Shown in pieces: positions 55,053-64,000 of a DNA stretch of 64,000 bases (the first letter of the stretch is position 1; each line of letters begins with the position of its first letter). The notes under the pieces are model-generated. The model made no database searches. It worked only from the letters and a program-made list of their open reading frames with translations, and was not told the origin of the DNA. The DNA comes from Burkholderiales bacterium (lineage in GTDB: Bacteria > Pseudomonadota > Gammaproteobacteria > Burkholderiales > SG8-39): NCBI GenBank assembly GCA_035310985.1, contig DATGDH010000072.1, forward strand, positions 41,568 to 105,567, in the 5' to 3' direction. The position numbers and the translations under genes were made by a program.

Positions 55053-55928
55053 ATGCCTCACATTCTACTGCACGCGATAACCAGCGCCATCTACGCCGGC
55101 CTCGCGGTGCATTTCTGGCGTACGCGCTGGTCCTCGCGGGCGCACGAGGCGCACGCCGCGCCGGGCGGGCTGCGCCCCTGGGAGCGCACGGCGCTTCTGG
55201 CTCCGCTAGCGCTGCACGGTTGGCTCCTTTACGCGGATATTGTGCTGCCGAGCCAATCGCGCTTCGGCTTCGCCCATGCGCTGTCCGCCATGCTCTGGTT
55301 GACGGTGATGTTCTACTGGCTGGAGAGCTTCTTCTACAACATAGAGGGCATGCAGGCACCCGCGCTGGCGCTCGCCGCGCTGTGCGCGCCGCTGCCGGCC
55401 TTGTTCCCCGGATCGGAGTACGCGGCGTCGTTCGAATTCAAGCTCCACGTTGTGCTCGCCATGTTGGCCTACAGCCTGTCCACCATCGCCATCCTGCACG
55501 CGCTGCTCATGGCACTGGTAGAACGTCGCCTGCATCAATCGACCAAGCTGCGCGGCGCCGGCGGCGCATTCCTCGCCGATGGCGCGACCATGCTGCGCGG
55601 GCCGCTCGCCTCGCTGCCCCCGCTGCTGACCCTCGAGCGCCTGTTGTTTCGTCTCATCGGCGCAGCGTTCGCGCTGCTCACGCTCACGCTTGCAACCGGG
55701 ATCTTGTTCTCCGAGACGCTGTTCGGCCGGCCGCTCAGGTTCGATCACAAGACTGTGTTCTCGGTGGTCTCCTGGCTGACTTTCGCGGCGCTACTCGTCG
55801 GCCGGCATTTCTACGGCTGGCGCGGCCGTACGGCGCTGCGCTGGACGCTCGCCGGCTTCGTATTCTTGCTGCTCGCGTACGTCGGGAGCCGTTTCGTGCT
55901 GGAGGTCATACTGCACCGCCCCGGTTAG
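55053..55928 (+). CDS. ypjD: cytochrome c assembly-family inner-membrane protein (YpjD-like)
   Basis: Polytopic membrane protein divergent from ffh, as in E. coli ffh<>ypjD, with a CcsA-like hydrophobic pattern. Confidence 0.8.
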   Translation: MPHILLHAITSAIYAGLAVHFWRTRWSSRAHEAHAAPGGLRPWERTALLAPLALHGWLLYADIVLPSQSRFGFAHALSAMLWLTVMFYWLESFFYNIEGMQAPALALAALCAPLPALFPGSEYAASFEFKLHVVLAMLAYSLSTIAILHALLMALVERRLHQSTKLRGAGGAFLADGATMLRGPLASLPPLLTLERLLFRLIGAAFALLTLTLATGILFSETLFGRPLRFDHKTVFSVVSWLTFAALLVGRHFYGWRGRTALRWTLAGFVFLLLAYVGSRFVLEVILHRPG

Positions 55929-55937
55929 CCGCCCGCG

Positions 55938-57236
55938 ATGGAAAACATCCCGCTATCGAGCGAAGTCATCGCCCTGGCTGTGCTGCTGGTGATCTCCGGG
56001 TTTTTCTCGATCTCCGAGACCAGCATGATCGCCCTCAATCGCTATCGGCTGCGCCATCTGGTCGCGCAAGGCCACGGGGGAGCGAAACGTGTGGCAAGCC
56101 TCCTCAAGCGCACCGACCGCATGCTCGGGGCAATTCTCATCGGCAACAATATCGCGAACGCCGCCGCGGCCACGCTCGCGGGCATCGTCGCGGTGCGCCT
56201 TTTCGGCGACAACAAGACCGCCTACGCCGTGAGCACGCTCGCGATCTCGTTCCTGATCATCGTGCTGTCGGAGATCACGCCGAAGGTGATCGGCGCCGCG
56301 TATCCCGAGCGGATCGCCCTGCCTCTCGCATATGTCCTCGGGCCGATCCAGAAGCTCATGCAGCCTGCGATCTGGTTCGTGAACCTCTTCGTTAGGCCCT
56401 TCCTGTGGCTCGCGCGCGTGCCTTCCGAGGGCACTGAGGACGCTCCGAAGCTCACGTCCGGGGAAATCCGTACCCTGGTGCTCGAATCGTCGCACTTCAT
56501 GCCCAAGAAGCACGTGTCGATCCTGCTCAACCTGTTCGACCTCGGCAATATAAGGGTGCAGGACATCATGGTGCCGCGGGCGAAGATCGAGTCCGTATCC
56601 CTGAGCGACGACATGGAGACCATCGCGCGTCAGCTCGCGACCAGCTACCACATGCGACTGCCCGTGTTTCGCGACAGCCTGGGCGAAGTGGCGGGCGTGC
56701 TGCACCTGCGCAAGGTGCTCGGCTTGTTGCACGCCGGAGCGCTCGACAAGCAAGAGCTGGAACAGCTGATCGTCGATCCCTACTTCGTCCCGGCCTCAAC
56801 CCCGGTGCTCGCGCAACTGCAGTACTTCCAGGAAAACCGCGAACGCATCGCGCTGGTGGTCGACGAGTACGGGGAGCTGATGGGCCTGGTGACGCTGGAG
56901 GACATCATCGAGGAGATCATCGGCAAGTTCACCACCACCGTTCCTTCCGCCGCGCCAGCGCTGCGCTGGGAAGAAGACGGCACCGCGACCGCCGACGGCG
57001 CGCTGCCGGTGCGCGAGGTGAACCGGGCGCTTGGCCTCGCGCTACCGACCGACGGCCCCAAAACGCTCAATGGTCTGATCCTTGAGCACCTGCAGGAGAT
57101 CCCGGAGGCGGATGTGGCGATCAGGATCGCCGGCGTGCCGATGGAAATCGTGCACGCGCAAGGACGCAGTGTGAACACCGTGCGCATCCTTCGTCCGTCA
57201 CAGGCAGTCGGCACGGGCGAAAGTGAGGTTTTGTGA
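55938..57236 (+). CDS. HlyC/CorC family transporter (DUF21-CBS pair-CorC_HlyC)
   Basis: FFSISETSMIALN, ILIGNN, EITPK, a CBS pair (VQDIMVPR...), then VVDEYGELMGLVTLEDIIEEIIG and the C-terminal transporter-associated domain. Confidence 0.9.
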   Translation: MENIPLSSEVIALAVLLVISGFFSISETSMIALNRYRLRHLVAQGHGGAKRVASLLKRTDRMLGAILIGNNIANAAAATLAGIVAVRLFGDNKTAYAVSTLAISFLIIVLSEITPKVIGAAYPERIALPLAYVLGPIQKLMQPAIWFVNLFVRPFLWLARVPSEGTEDAPKLTSGEIRTLVLESSHFMPKKHVSILLNLFDLGNIRVQDIMVPRAKIESVSLSDDMETIARQLATSYHMRLPVFRDSLGEVAGVLHLRKVLGLLHAGALDKQELEQLIVDPYFVPASTPVLAQLQYFQENRERIALVVDEYGELMGLVTLEDIIEEIIGKFTTTVPSAAPALRWEEDGTATADGALPVREVNRALGLALPTDGPKTLNGLILEHLQEIPEADVAIRIAGVPMEIVHAQGRSVNTVRILRPSQAVGTGESEVL

Positions 57237-57414
57237 ACCCTGTCGCGCGGGTGTCCTCGGGGTCCGTGAAATGCGTCAAAAATCACGTTGTGTCATGGGC
57301 TTAGAGCCAATACCTGAGGCTTTACAAAAGGCCATCGGCAAGGCATCATCGGCGGCGGGTACGTCAGCGCACGACGCGCAGGCACTGCTCCTGCAACAGG
57401 CAAGGGACTGACAC

Positions 57415-58638
57415 ATGGCGACGGCGGCGGCGGTAGCGAGGGGTCCGAAGGAATTCATTTTCAACTGGGAAGGCAAGGACAAGACCGGCAAATTGGTGCG
57501 CGGCGAGATGCGTGCCACCGGCTCGACGGTCGTGACTGCGACCCTGCGCCGCCAAGGCATCCTGGTGCAGAAGATCAAGAAGCAGCGCATGGGCGGTGGC
57601 GGCAAGGTCACCGAGAAGGACATCGCGCTGTTCACGCGTCAGTTGGCCACCATGATGAAGGCCGGGGTGCCGCTGCTGCAGTCGTTCGATATCGTCGGCA
57701 AGGGCGCGGCGAATCGGGCCGTGGCGAAATTGCTGTTCGAGGTCAAGACCGAGGTGGAAACCGGCTCCTCGCTCGCGCAGGCGTTCAGGAAGTATCCGCT
57801 GTATTTCGACGCCCTGTTCTGCAACCTTGTGCAGGCCGGTGAGCAGGCGGGCATTCTCGAGACACTGCTGGACAGGCTGGCGAGCTACAAGGAGAAGATC
57901 CTCGCGATCAAGTCGAAGATCAAGTCCGCACTGTTCTATCCGGTGGCCATCATCGTGGTGGCTTTCATCATCACCTCGGTGATCATGATTTTCGTGATCC
58001 CGTCGTTCAAGGAGGTGTTCAGATCCTTCGGGGCGGACCTCCCCACACCGACCCTTGTGGTGATCGCCATATCGGACTACTTTGTAAAGTATTGGTACGT
58101 CATTTTCGGCGTCATCTTCGGCGGCGTTTACGCATTCTTCTTCGCCTGGAAGCGCTCCGTCGCCGTGCAGATGTTCATGGACCGGCTGATGTTACGCATC
58201 CCGGTGTTCGGCGACCTGGTGCGCAAGTCGACGGTCGCGCGCTGGACGCGGACGCTGTCGACCATGTTCGCGGCCGGCGTGCCGCTGGTCGAGGCGCTCG
58301 ATTCGGTCGGCGGCGCATCGGGCAACTACGTGTACGTGGTCGGAACGAAGCAGATCCAAGGAGAGGTTTCGACCGGAACTTCGCTCACCGTGGCCATGCA
58401 GAATTCGAACCTTTTCAAATCCATGGTGGTCCAGATGGTGGCGATCGGCGAGGAAACGGGCTCGTTGGACGCAATGCTGTCGAAGGTGGCCGATTTCTAC
58501 GAGGCCGAGGTCAATGATGCGGTCGAGGCCCTTTCCTCGTTGATGGAGCCGCTCATCATGGTGGTGCTCGGCACGCTGATCGGCGGCATGGTGATCGCCA
58601 TGTACCTGCCGATCTTCAAACTCGGCCAGGTCGTCTGA
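57415..58638 (+). CDS. pilC: type IV pilus assembly platform protein PilC (GspF family)
   Basis: Two T2SSF repeats (FTRQLATMMKAGVPLLQS...; WTRTLSTMFAAGVPLVEAL...) and the C-terminal YLPIFKLGQVV. Confidence 0.9.
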   Translation: MATAAAVARGPKEFIFNWEGKDKTGKLVRGEMRATGSTVVTATLRRQGILVQKIKKQRMGGGGKVTEKDIALFTRQLATMMKAGVPLLQSFDIVGKGAANRAVAKLLFEVKTEVETGSSLAQAFRKYPLYFDALFCNLVQAGEQAGILETLLDRLASYKEKILAIKSKIKSALFYPVAIIVVAFIITSVIMIFVIPSFKEVFRSFGADLPTPTLVVIAISDYFVKYWYVIFGVIFGGVYAFFFAWKRSVAVQMFMDRLMLRIPVFGDLVRKSTVARWTRTLSTMFAAGVPLVEALDSVGGASGNYVYVVGTKQIQGEVSTGTSLTVAMQNSNLFKSMVVQMVAIGEETGSLDAMLSKVADFYEAEVNDAVEALSSLMEPLIMVVLGTLIGGMVIAMYLPIFKLGQVV

Positions 58639-58658
58639 GGTCGGCACTTCTCGTCGAG

Positions 58659-58688
58659 CCGCGGGGCAGCCTCCCCGCGGCTTTTTTG
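58659..58688 (+). terminator. intrinsic terminator-like hairpin between pilC and pilD
   Basis: CCGCGGGG-CAGCCT-CCCCGCGG followed by CTTTTTTG, 20 nt after the pilC stop and 15 nt before the pilD ATG. Confidence 0.55.
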
Positions 58689-58702
58689 TTCCCGCCGAGC
58701 CA

Positions 58703-59635
58703 ATGAACCTACTGGACGCCCTGCAAATGCCGGAGGTACTGGTGCCCTCGGCGTTCGTGCTCAGTCTGTGCGTGGGCAGCTTCCTGAACGTGGTGATCTT
58801 TCGCCTGCCGCGCATGATGGACCGAGAGTGGGTGTCGGGAATTCCCGGGGCGCTCGAGGAGTCGAAGGAGACCCGGAACCGCGAGCGCGCGGGCCGACTC
58901 GCGGCGCAGGTGCGCGAGGAAATCGCGCATCTGGCGACGCCGGAAGCGACGCTCAATCTAGTCGTGCCGCGCTCGCGTTGCCCCGCTTGCGGGCACGGCA
59001 TCACGGCACTGGAGAACATTCCCCTGCTCAGCTACCTCGCGCTGCGCGGCAAGTGTTCGGCTTGCGGCGCGCACATCAGCGTCAAGTATCCGCTCGTCGA
59101 GCTGGTCGCCGGCGTGGGCGGCGCCTATGCGGCCTGGCGCTTCGGCTTTTCACTCGCCGCGCTCGGTGCCGCGCTTTTCATCTGGTGCACCATCGCGCTC
59201 GCAGTCATCGATCAGGAGACTGGCTTCCTGCCCGACAGCCTCACGCTGCCACTCATGTGGGCGGGATTGCTGCTCAACCTCGGCGGCACTTACGTGCCGC
59301 TCGCGGATGCGGTGATCGGCGCCGCGGCGGGCTACCTGTCTCTATGGTCGATCTACCAGGGGTACAAGCTGGTGTTCCGCAAGGAAGGCATGGGATACGG
59401 CGATTTCAAGATGCACGCGGCGGTCGGCGCGTTCGTCGGCTGGAAGTTGCTTCCACTTGTCATCCTGCTCTCGTCGGTGGTCGGCCTGTTCTTCGGCGTA
59501 CTGCAGATGCTTGCCACCCGGCGCGGCTGGGATTCGAGCTTCCGTTTCCATTTCGGACCCTACCTCGCGATCGCCGGCGTTGTCGCCCTGTTCTGGGGAG
59601 AACCGATCCTGCGCTGGTACCTGCACCGGTTGTGA
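58703..59635 (+). CDS. pilD: prepilin peptidase / N-methyltransferase PilD (A24 family)
   Basis: GSFLNVVIFRLP, CPACGHGI...NIPLLSYL...GKCSACG, KEGMGYGDFKM and FGPYLAIAG motifs. Confidence 0.9.
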   Translation: MNLLDALQMPEVLVPSAFVLSLCVGSFLNVVIFRLPRMMDREWVSGIPGALEESKETRNRERAGRLAAQVREEIAHLATPEATLNLVVPRSRCPACGHGITALENIPLLSYLALRGKCSACGAHISVKYPLVELVAGVGGAYAAWRFGFSLAALGAALFIWCTIALAVIDQETGFLPDSLTLPLMWAGLLLNLGGTYVPLADAVIGAAAGYLSLWSIYQGYKLVFRKEGMGYGDFKMHAAVGAFVGWKLLPLVILLSSVVGLFFGVLQMLATRRGWDSSFRFHFGPYLAIAGVVALFWGEPILRWYLHRL

Positions 59636-60231
59636 CCTTCGTGGTCGGTCTCACTGGCGGTATCGGCAGCGGCAAGAGTGCCGCAGCCGAGGAATTCGCC
59701 CGCCTCGGCGCAACGGTCGTCGACACCGATGCGATAGCGCACGAGCTCACCGCGCCGGGCGGTGCCGCGATCGAGGGCGTCAGGCGCCTTTTCGGTGACG
59801 CCTGTATCGACGCGCGCGGCGCAATGGACCGCGGCCGGGTGCGCGCGCTGGTGTTCGACGACGCTGCGGCCAGGAAGCGGCTCGAAGGTCTGCTGCACCC
59901 GATGATCCGCGAAGAATCGAATCGGCGCATTGCCGCCGCGACAGGTCCCTACGTCGTGCACGTGGTGCCTCTGCTCATCGAGTCGCGCGACTATCGCGGG
60001 CGCATCGACCGCGTGTTGGTCGTCGATTGTCCCGAGCAGACTCAGCTCGCGCGCGTGAGTGCGCGCAGCGGCCTGTCCGAGGAGGAGGTGCGCCGCATGA
60101 TGTCCGCGCAGATTCCGCGCGCGCAACGGCTTGCGGCTGCCGACGATGTCATCGATAACAGCGGATCGCTCGACGACCTGCGCCGGCAAGTGCAGGCGCT
60201 GCATCGCCGCTACCTCGCCATGTCCCGCTGA
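59632..60231 (+). CDS. coaE: dephospho-CoA kinase
   Basis: VGLTGGIGSGKS P-loop, VVDTDAIAHEL and VVPLLIE motifs. GTGA overlap with the pilD stop. Confidence 0.9.
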   Translation: MTFVVGLTGGIGSGKSAAAEEFARLGATVVDTDAIAHELTAPGGAAIEGVRRLFGDACIDARGAMDRGRVRALVFDDAAARKRLEGLLHPMIREESNRRIAAATGPYVVHVVPLLIESRDYRGRIDRVLVVDCPEQTQLARVSARSGLSEEEVRRMMSAQIPRAQRLAAADDVIDNSGSLDDLRRQVQALHRRYLAMSR

Positions 60232-60331
60232 CACGCTGCGCAGGCGGTCGCACCCGGAGCGAAGTTGTCATCGACATGCTATTCATTCAGAATTCAAGAC
60301 AATTCCCGCCAGGGGCGCGCCGCGCGAATCC

Positions 60332-61090
60332 GTGATCACTTACGAGTATCCGCTCAATGAACGCATCCGGACGCTGCTGCGTCTCGAGGATCTGTTCGAG
60401 CGGTCGCGCCACTTCGTCGCCCGCACCGAGCCGCACGATCACCATGTCGCGCTGCTCACGCTGTTTGAGATTCTCGAGGTCGCGAGCCGCGCGGATCTGA
60501 AATCGGACCTCCTACAGGAGCTCGAACGACAGAAGCAGGTGCTGATGTCGTTTCGCAACAATCCGGAGATTTCCGAGGACGCACTGAGCGGCGTGCTGCG
60601 CGACATCGAACAGGCTTCCAGCGCGCTGTTCGCCATGGCCGGCAGGATCGGCCAGTACCTGCGGGAGAACGAGTGGCTCATGTCGATCAAGCAGCGCACC
60701 GGCATCCCGGGGGGCGCCTGCGAGTTCGACCTCCCCTCCTATCACTATTGGCTCCACCGCCCGGCCGATGAACGCATCGGACAGCTTGCCGCCTGGACCG
60801 GGCCGCTCTATCCGCTGCGCGACGGTTCGGCCATCATCCTGCGCATCCTGCGTGAGTCGGGAAAGCCGCAGAACGTCGTCGCGACGGGGGGAATGTACCA
60901 GCAGATGCTGGGCGGCAAGAGCGCGCAGATGCTGCGCGTGAGACTCGATCAAGAAAGCCCCTGCGTTCCTGAAATGAGCGCCAACAAATACGTTCTCAAT
61001 ATCCGCTTTCTCGCGCAAGACAGCGACGACTCGCGAGCCAAGACGGCGGACTGGGACGTGCCCTTCGAGCTGACCTTCTGCAACCTCTAG
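60332..61090 (+). CDS. zapD: cell division protein ZapD
   Basis: [37 protein letters not shown] and FDLPSYHYW motifs. GTG start. Confidence 0.85.
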   Translation: MITYEYPLNERIRTLLRLEDLFERSRHFVARTEPHDHHVALLTLFEILEVASRADLKSDLLQELERQKQVLMSFRNNPEISEDALSGVLRDIEQASSALFAMAGRIGQYLRENEWLMSIKQRTGIPGGACEFDLPSYHYWLHRPADERIGQLAAWTGPLYPLRDGSAIILRILRESGKPQNVVATGGMYQQMLGGKSAQMLRVRLDQESPCVPEMSANKYVLNIRFLAQDSDDSRAKTADWDVPFELTFCNL

Positions 61091-61107
61091 GACCCGCGAC
61101 GCGCACG

Positions 61108-61278
61108 GTGCCCTGCCCGCGCTGCGGCGGGCCGGCCGCGCTCGGCCCGGAGAACAAGTGGCGCCCGTTCTGCAGCGAGCGCTGCAAGCTCATCGACCTG
61201 GGCAGCTGGGCGGCGGAGGACTACCGCGTCGCGGAGCCATCGGTGCCCAAAGAAGCGGACGACTCGGCTACCGACTAG
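61108..61278 (+). CDS. yacG: DNA gyrase inhibitor YacG (zinc-ribbon protein; below the ORF-track size cut-off)
   Basis: GTG 61108 gives [41 protein letters not shown]..., matching the YacG C-x2-C...FCS.RC..IDLG.WA signature. Conserved position after zapD. Confidence 0.75.
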   Translation: MPCPRCGGPAALGPENKWRPFCSERCKLIDLGSWAAEDYRVAEPSVPKEADDSATD

Positions 61279-62206
61279 TCAGCTGCCAGCTACCGGAAAT
61301 CATTGCCACCCCTTGCGCGCCGGCGCGCCACGCATCCTCAAGATCGGCAAGCCGCAGACCGCCGATGGCGAAAATGGGCAGGCTGGCTCCGCGCGCAAGA
61401 TCCGCGAAGTGCTGCCAGCCCATCGGCACCACTTGCGGATGCGAGCCGGTGGGCTTGACCGGCCCGAGCACCGCGAAGTCGAACTCGAGCGCCATTGCAC
61501 GGCCGAGCTCGCCGGCATCGTGGCAGGAGGCCGCCGCCATGATGTCGCGCGGGCGTGCTGTGAGCGTCATCAGCTGGCGTGCGGTGTAGTGCACGCCGTC
61601 CGCGCCCAGGGCACGCGCGAGCGTGAGATCGGAGTTGATCAGCAGTCGGGCGCCGTATCGCCGCGCGAGCGCGATCGCGCTGCGCCCGAAGCGCGTACGT
61701 TCGTCCGGTGCCATGTCCCTGTCACGCAGCTGCACCAGACGCAGCCCGCCTGCGAGCCTGCGCTCGAGCGCGGCCAGCATTACTTCGCTGCCGAGTCCCT
61801 GGGCGTCGGTCACCGCGTATTCGAGCGGCAGCGTCAGCGCCGCGAGCACCGGTGCGTTCGCCGGCAGCATCGGCTCGGCAATCGGCGCGTCGAATCTCTG
61901 CCAGCGGATTTGCTGTTGCTCGCGCGCGTGAGGCTCGCCCGACCAGCCGAGCACGCGGAAAAAGCTGAGTCTCACCGTCGCGTGCGGGTACGCAAAGACG
62001 CGCGTGATCCACGGATACACGCGCTGCGCATCGATGCCGAGCTCCTCGTGCAGCTCGCGCGTCAGCGCGGCCTCGGCGGCCTCGCCCGGCTCGATCTTGC
62101 CTCCCGGAAATTCCCAGTAACCCGCATAGACCTTCCCCTCGGGGCGCCGCGCGAGCAGAAAGCTGCCATCATCTCGCAGCAGGACGGCCGCGGCGACTTC
62201 GAGCAC
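61268..62206 (-). CDS. Nudix (MutT-like) hydrolase fused to a thiamine-phosphate-synthase-like (ThiE-fold) domain
   Basis: Nudix box [23 protein letters not shown] in the N-terminal half. The C-terminal half has ThiE-like [14 protein letters not shown] and FAIGG. GTG 62206 lies 5 nt after the upstream stop. Confidence 0.85.
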   Translation of the reverse strand: MLEVAAAVLLRDDGSFLLARRPEGKVYAGYWEFPGGKIEPGEAAEAALTRELHEELGIDAQRVYPWITRVFAYPHATVRLSFFRVLGWSGEPHAREQQQIRWQRFDAPIAEPMLPANAPVLAALTLPLEYAVTDAQGLGSEVMLAALERRLAGGLRLVQLRDRDMAPDERTRFGRSAIALARRYGARLLINSDLTLARALGADGVHYTARQLMTLTARPRDIMAAASCHDAGELGRAMALEFDFAVLGPVKPTGSHPQVVPMGWQHFADLARGASLPIFAIGGLRLADLEDAWRAGAQGVAMISGSWQLTSR

Positions 62207-62211
62207 CGCGC

Positions 62212-63117
62212 CTAGCGCCTCTTGCGCGCGCCGGCGGCGGCGTGCTTGCCGGACCAATCCCTCGCGAACTGGTAGGCTACACGGCCGCTGCGCGAGCCGC
62301 GCAGCAATGCCCACTGCAAAGCCTCTTCGCGCGCCGCGTCAACGTCCCGCGCCGAGCAGCCGAAGGTCTTCAGCCAGTGCGTCACGATGTGCAGATACTC
62401 GTCCTGGTCGAAGGGATAGAACGACACCCACAGCCCGAAGCGCTCGGAAAGCGAGATCTTCTCCTCCACGGTCTCGCCGGGATGAATCTCGTCCCCGATG
62501 TACCGGGTCTCGAGGTTCTCCTGCATGTATTCCGGCATGAGATGGCGGCGGTTGGATGTGGCGTAGATCAGCAGGTTCTCGGATGCAGTTGAGATCGACC
62601 CGTCGAGCGCGACCTTGAGCGCGATGTAGCCGGGGTCGGCGGCCTCGAACGACAGGTCATCGCAGAAGAGCAAGAATCGCTCCTTGCGTTCCGCTACCAG
62701 GTCGGTGATCGCCGGCAGGTCCATCAGGTCGCGCTTCTCGACCTCGATCAGGCGCAAGCCCTGGCCGCTGTACTTGTTCAGCAGTCCCTTGACTATCGAG
62801 GACTTGCCGGTGCCACGCGCGCCGGTGAGGAGCACATTGTTGGCGGGCCTGCCCTGTAGGAACTGGCGCGTGTTCTGTTCTACCCGGGCGATTTGCGCGT
62901 CGATGCCCTGCAGGTCGGAAATCCGGATGCGGTGCACGTGCCCGACGGGCTGCAGCCAGCCGCGCATGCTCTGCGTGGCCCCCTTGCGCCAGCGGAAAGC
63001 GACGCTCGCGCCCCAGTCGGTCGCCGGCGGTGGCGGCGGGAGCAGCGTCTCGAGCTTCGCCACCAGCGCCTCCGCGCGTGCGATCAGCTTGTTGGCGTCG
63101 TCTCTCATGCGCGGCAT
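62212..63117 (-). CDS. DUF815-family AAA-type ATPase
   Basis: NNVLLTGARGTGKSS P-loop and FCDDLSF Walker B-like motif. Abuts the argJ stop. Confidence 0.85.
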   Translation of the reverse strand: MPRMRDDANKLIARAEALVAKLETLLPPPPPATDWGASVAFRWRKGATQSMRGWLQPVGHVHRIRISDLQGIDAQIARVEQNTRQFLQGRPANNVLLTGARGTGKSSIVKGLLNKYSGQGLRLIEVEKRDLMDLPAITDLVAERKERFLLFCDDLSFEAADPGYIALKVALDGSISTASENLLIYATSNRRHLMPEYMQENLETRYIGDEIHPGETVEEKISLSERFGLWVSFYPFDQDEYLHIVTHWLKTFGCSARDVDAAREEALQWALLRGSRSGRVAYQFARDWSGKHAAAGARKRR

Positions 63118-64000
63118 TCAGGTGCGGTACTCGGCATTGATCTTCACATATTCGAATGAAAGATCACAGGTCCACAGCGTCGCCTGCGCGCTACCTCGCT
63201 CGAGGCGCACGCGCACGGTGAACTCGGACTTGGCGAGCACCGCGGTCCCCTGCTCCTCGCGATACGCGGGATGTCGTCCTCCCTTGCTCGCCACGAGCAC
63301 CTCGTCCAGGTACAGGTCGACCCGCGATACGTCCAGATCGTCGATTCCCGCGTTGCCGATCGCGGCGAGAATGCGGCCAAGGTTGGGATCGGAAGCGAAG
63401 AACGCCGTCTTGACCAGCGGCGAGTGCGCGATGGCGTAGCCCGCGCGTCGGCATTCCTCCGGCGAGCGTCCTCCCTCCACGCGGATGGTGACGAACTTTG
63501 TCGCGCCTTCGCCGTCGCGCACGATCGCCTGCGCGAGCAGCGACGCGACTTCTTCGACTGCTCCGTCCAGTGCGGCAAGATCGGCGGCGGAACTCGCCGT
63601 CACGCCGGACGCACCGCTCGCGATCAGCATGAACGCGTCGTTCGTAGAGGTGTCGCCATCGACCGTGATGCAGTTGAACGATCGCCCGGTCGCCCGCTCG
63701 AGCATTGCATCGAGATCGGCCTGCGCGACCTTCGCGTCGGTGGCGACAAACGCGAGCATAGTCGCCATGTCGGGGCGGATCATCCCCGCGCCCTTGGCGA
63801 TCCCGGTGATCGTCAACTCGCGTCCGCCAAGCCGCAGGCGGCGCGAGACCGCCTTCGGCACCGTATCGGTCGTCATGATGGCCTGCGCCGCCGCATGCCA
63901 GTTGTCGGCGCGCAGGTCTGCTAGTGCCTCCGGAAGCCCCGCCAGGATGCGCTCCACCGGAAGCGGTTCCATGATGACTCCGGTGGAAAATGGCAGCACC
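63118..64000 (-). CDS. argJ: bifunctional glutamate N-acetyltransferase / amino-acid acetyltransferase ArgJ, 5' end beyond window
   Basis: [29 protein letters not shown] (autoproteolysis site region), VDGDTSTND and the C-terminal [16 protein letters not shown]. Confidence 0.9.
   Translation of the reverse strand, partial: VLPFSTGVIMEPLPVERILAGLPEALADLRADNWHAAAQAIMTTDTVPKAVSRRLRLGGRELTITGIAKGAGMIRPDMATMLAFVATDAKVAQADLDAMLERATGRSFNCITVDGDTSTNDAFMLIASGASGVTASSAADLAALDGAVEEVASLLAQAIVRDGEGATKFVTIRVEGGRSPEECRRAGYAIAHSPLVKTAFFASDPNLGRILAAIGNAGIDDLDVSRVDLYLDEVLVASKGGRHPAYREEQGTAVLAKSEFTVRVRLERGSAQATLWTCDLSFEYVKINAEYRT

Noticed and set aside
57223-57411. 62-aa ORF between the corC-family gene and pilC, considered as a pilB remnant or a small gene.
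   Set aside because: It shows no Walker or GspE motifs and no similarity to PilB C-termini that I can recognise. It has no RBS, and its start overlaps the corC 3' end. It was kept only as a comment in the pilB-absence finding.

Overview
GC-rich chromosomal segment (roughly two-thirds G+C by eye, with third codon positions mostly G/C). Gene order reads like a betaproteobacterium: pilC-pilD-coaE-zapD-yacG, argJ-DUF815-Nudix/ThiE, ffh<>ypjD-corC, rpsP-rimM-trmD-rplS, ribB(X)-ribH-nusB-thiL-pgpA, recA-recX and alaS. I support about 66 protein genes. I recognised no rRNA, tRNA, CRISPR array, transposase, integrase or phage gene, and no intergenic gap exceeds about 350 nt. Housekeeping blocks alternate with accessory blocks: (i) orphan receiver + archease + RtcB + CapA-family phosphoesterase (2.9-6.4 kb); (ii) cupin / LLM monooxygenase / polysaccharide-deacetylase-like / 5-gene ABC importer (13.8-21.1 kb); (iii) an OMF-MFP-RND efflux operon (21.2-26.8 kb); (iv) a TPP enzyme, NIPSNAP and a hydantoinase/acetone-carboxylase-like pair whose B subunit carries a fused gamma-subunit-like Cys domain, followed by dehydrogenases, a VOC protein and a CoxLSM-type molybdenum hydroxylase (26.9-40.1 kb); (v) an AmmeMemoRadiSam pair (fused Memo-AMMECR1 + radical SAM) at the tail of the ribB-ribH-nusB-thiL-pgpA-cinA string (45.1-47.6 kb). 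The strongest signal missing from the ORF track is a 21-codon Phe-rich leader peptide (MNRWFYGFFFFFPRHLAEGNG) with a three-segment terminator/antiterminator just upstream of the DAHP synthase gene. Other points: recX and a TauE-family gene whose conserved N-termini have no ATG/GTG/TTG start; two candidate leaderless genes (TATAAT 6-7 nt before the ATG); an uncalled yacG; a PagL-like gene antisense between the two hydantoinase subunits; and no recognisable DNA-binding transcription factor in 64 kb. All family assignments come from motif recognition by eye. No database search or RNA folding was run.
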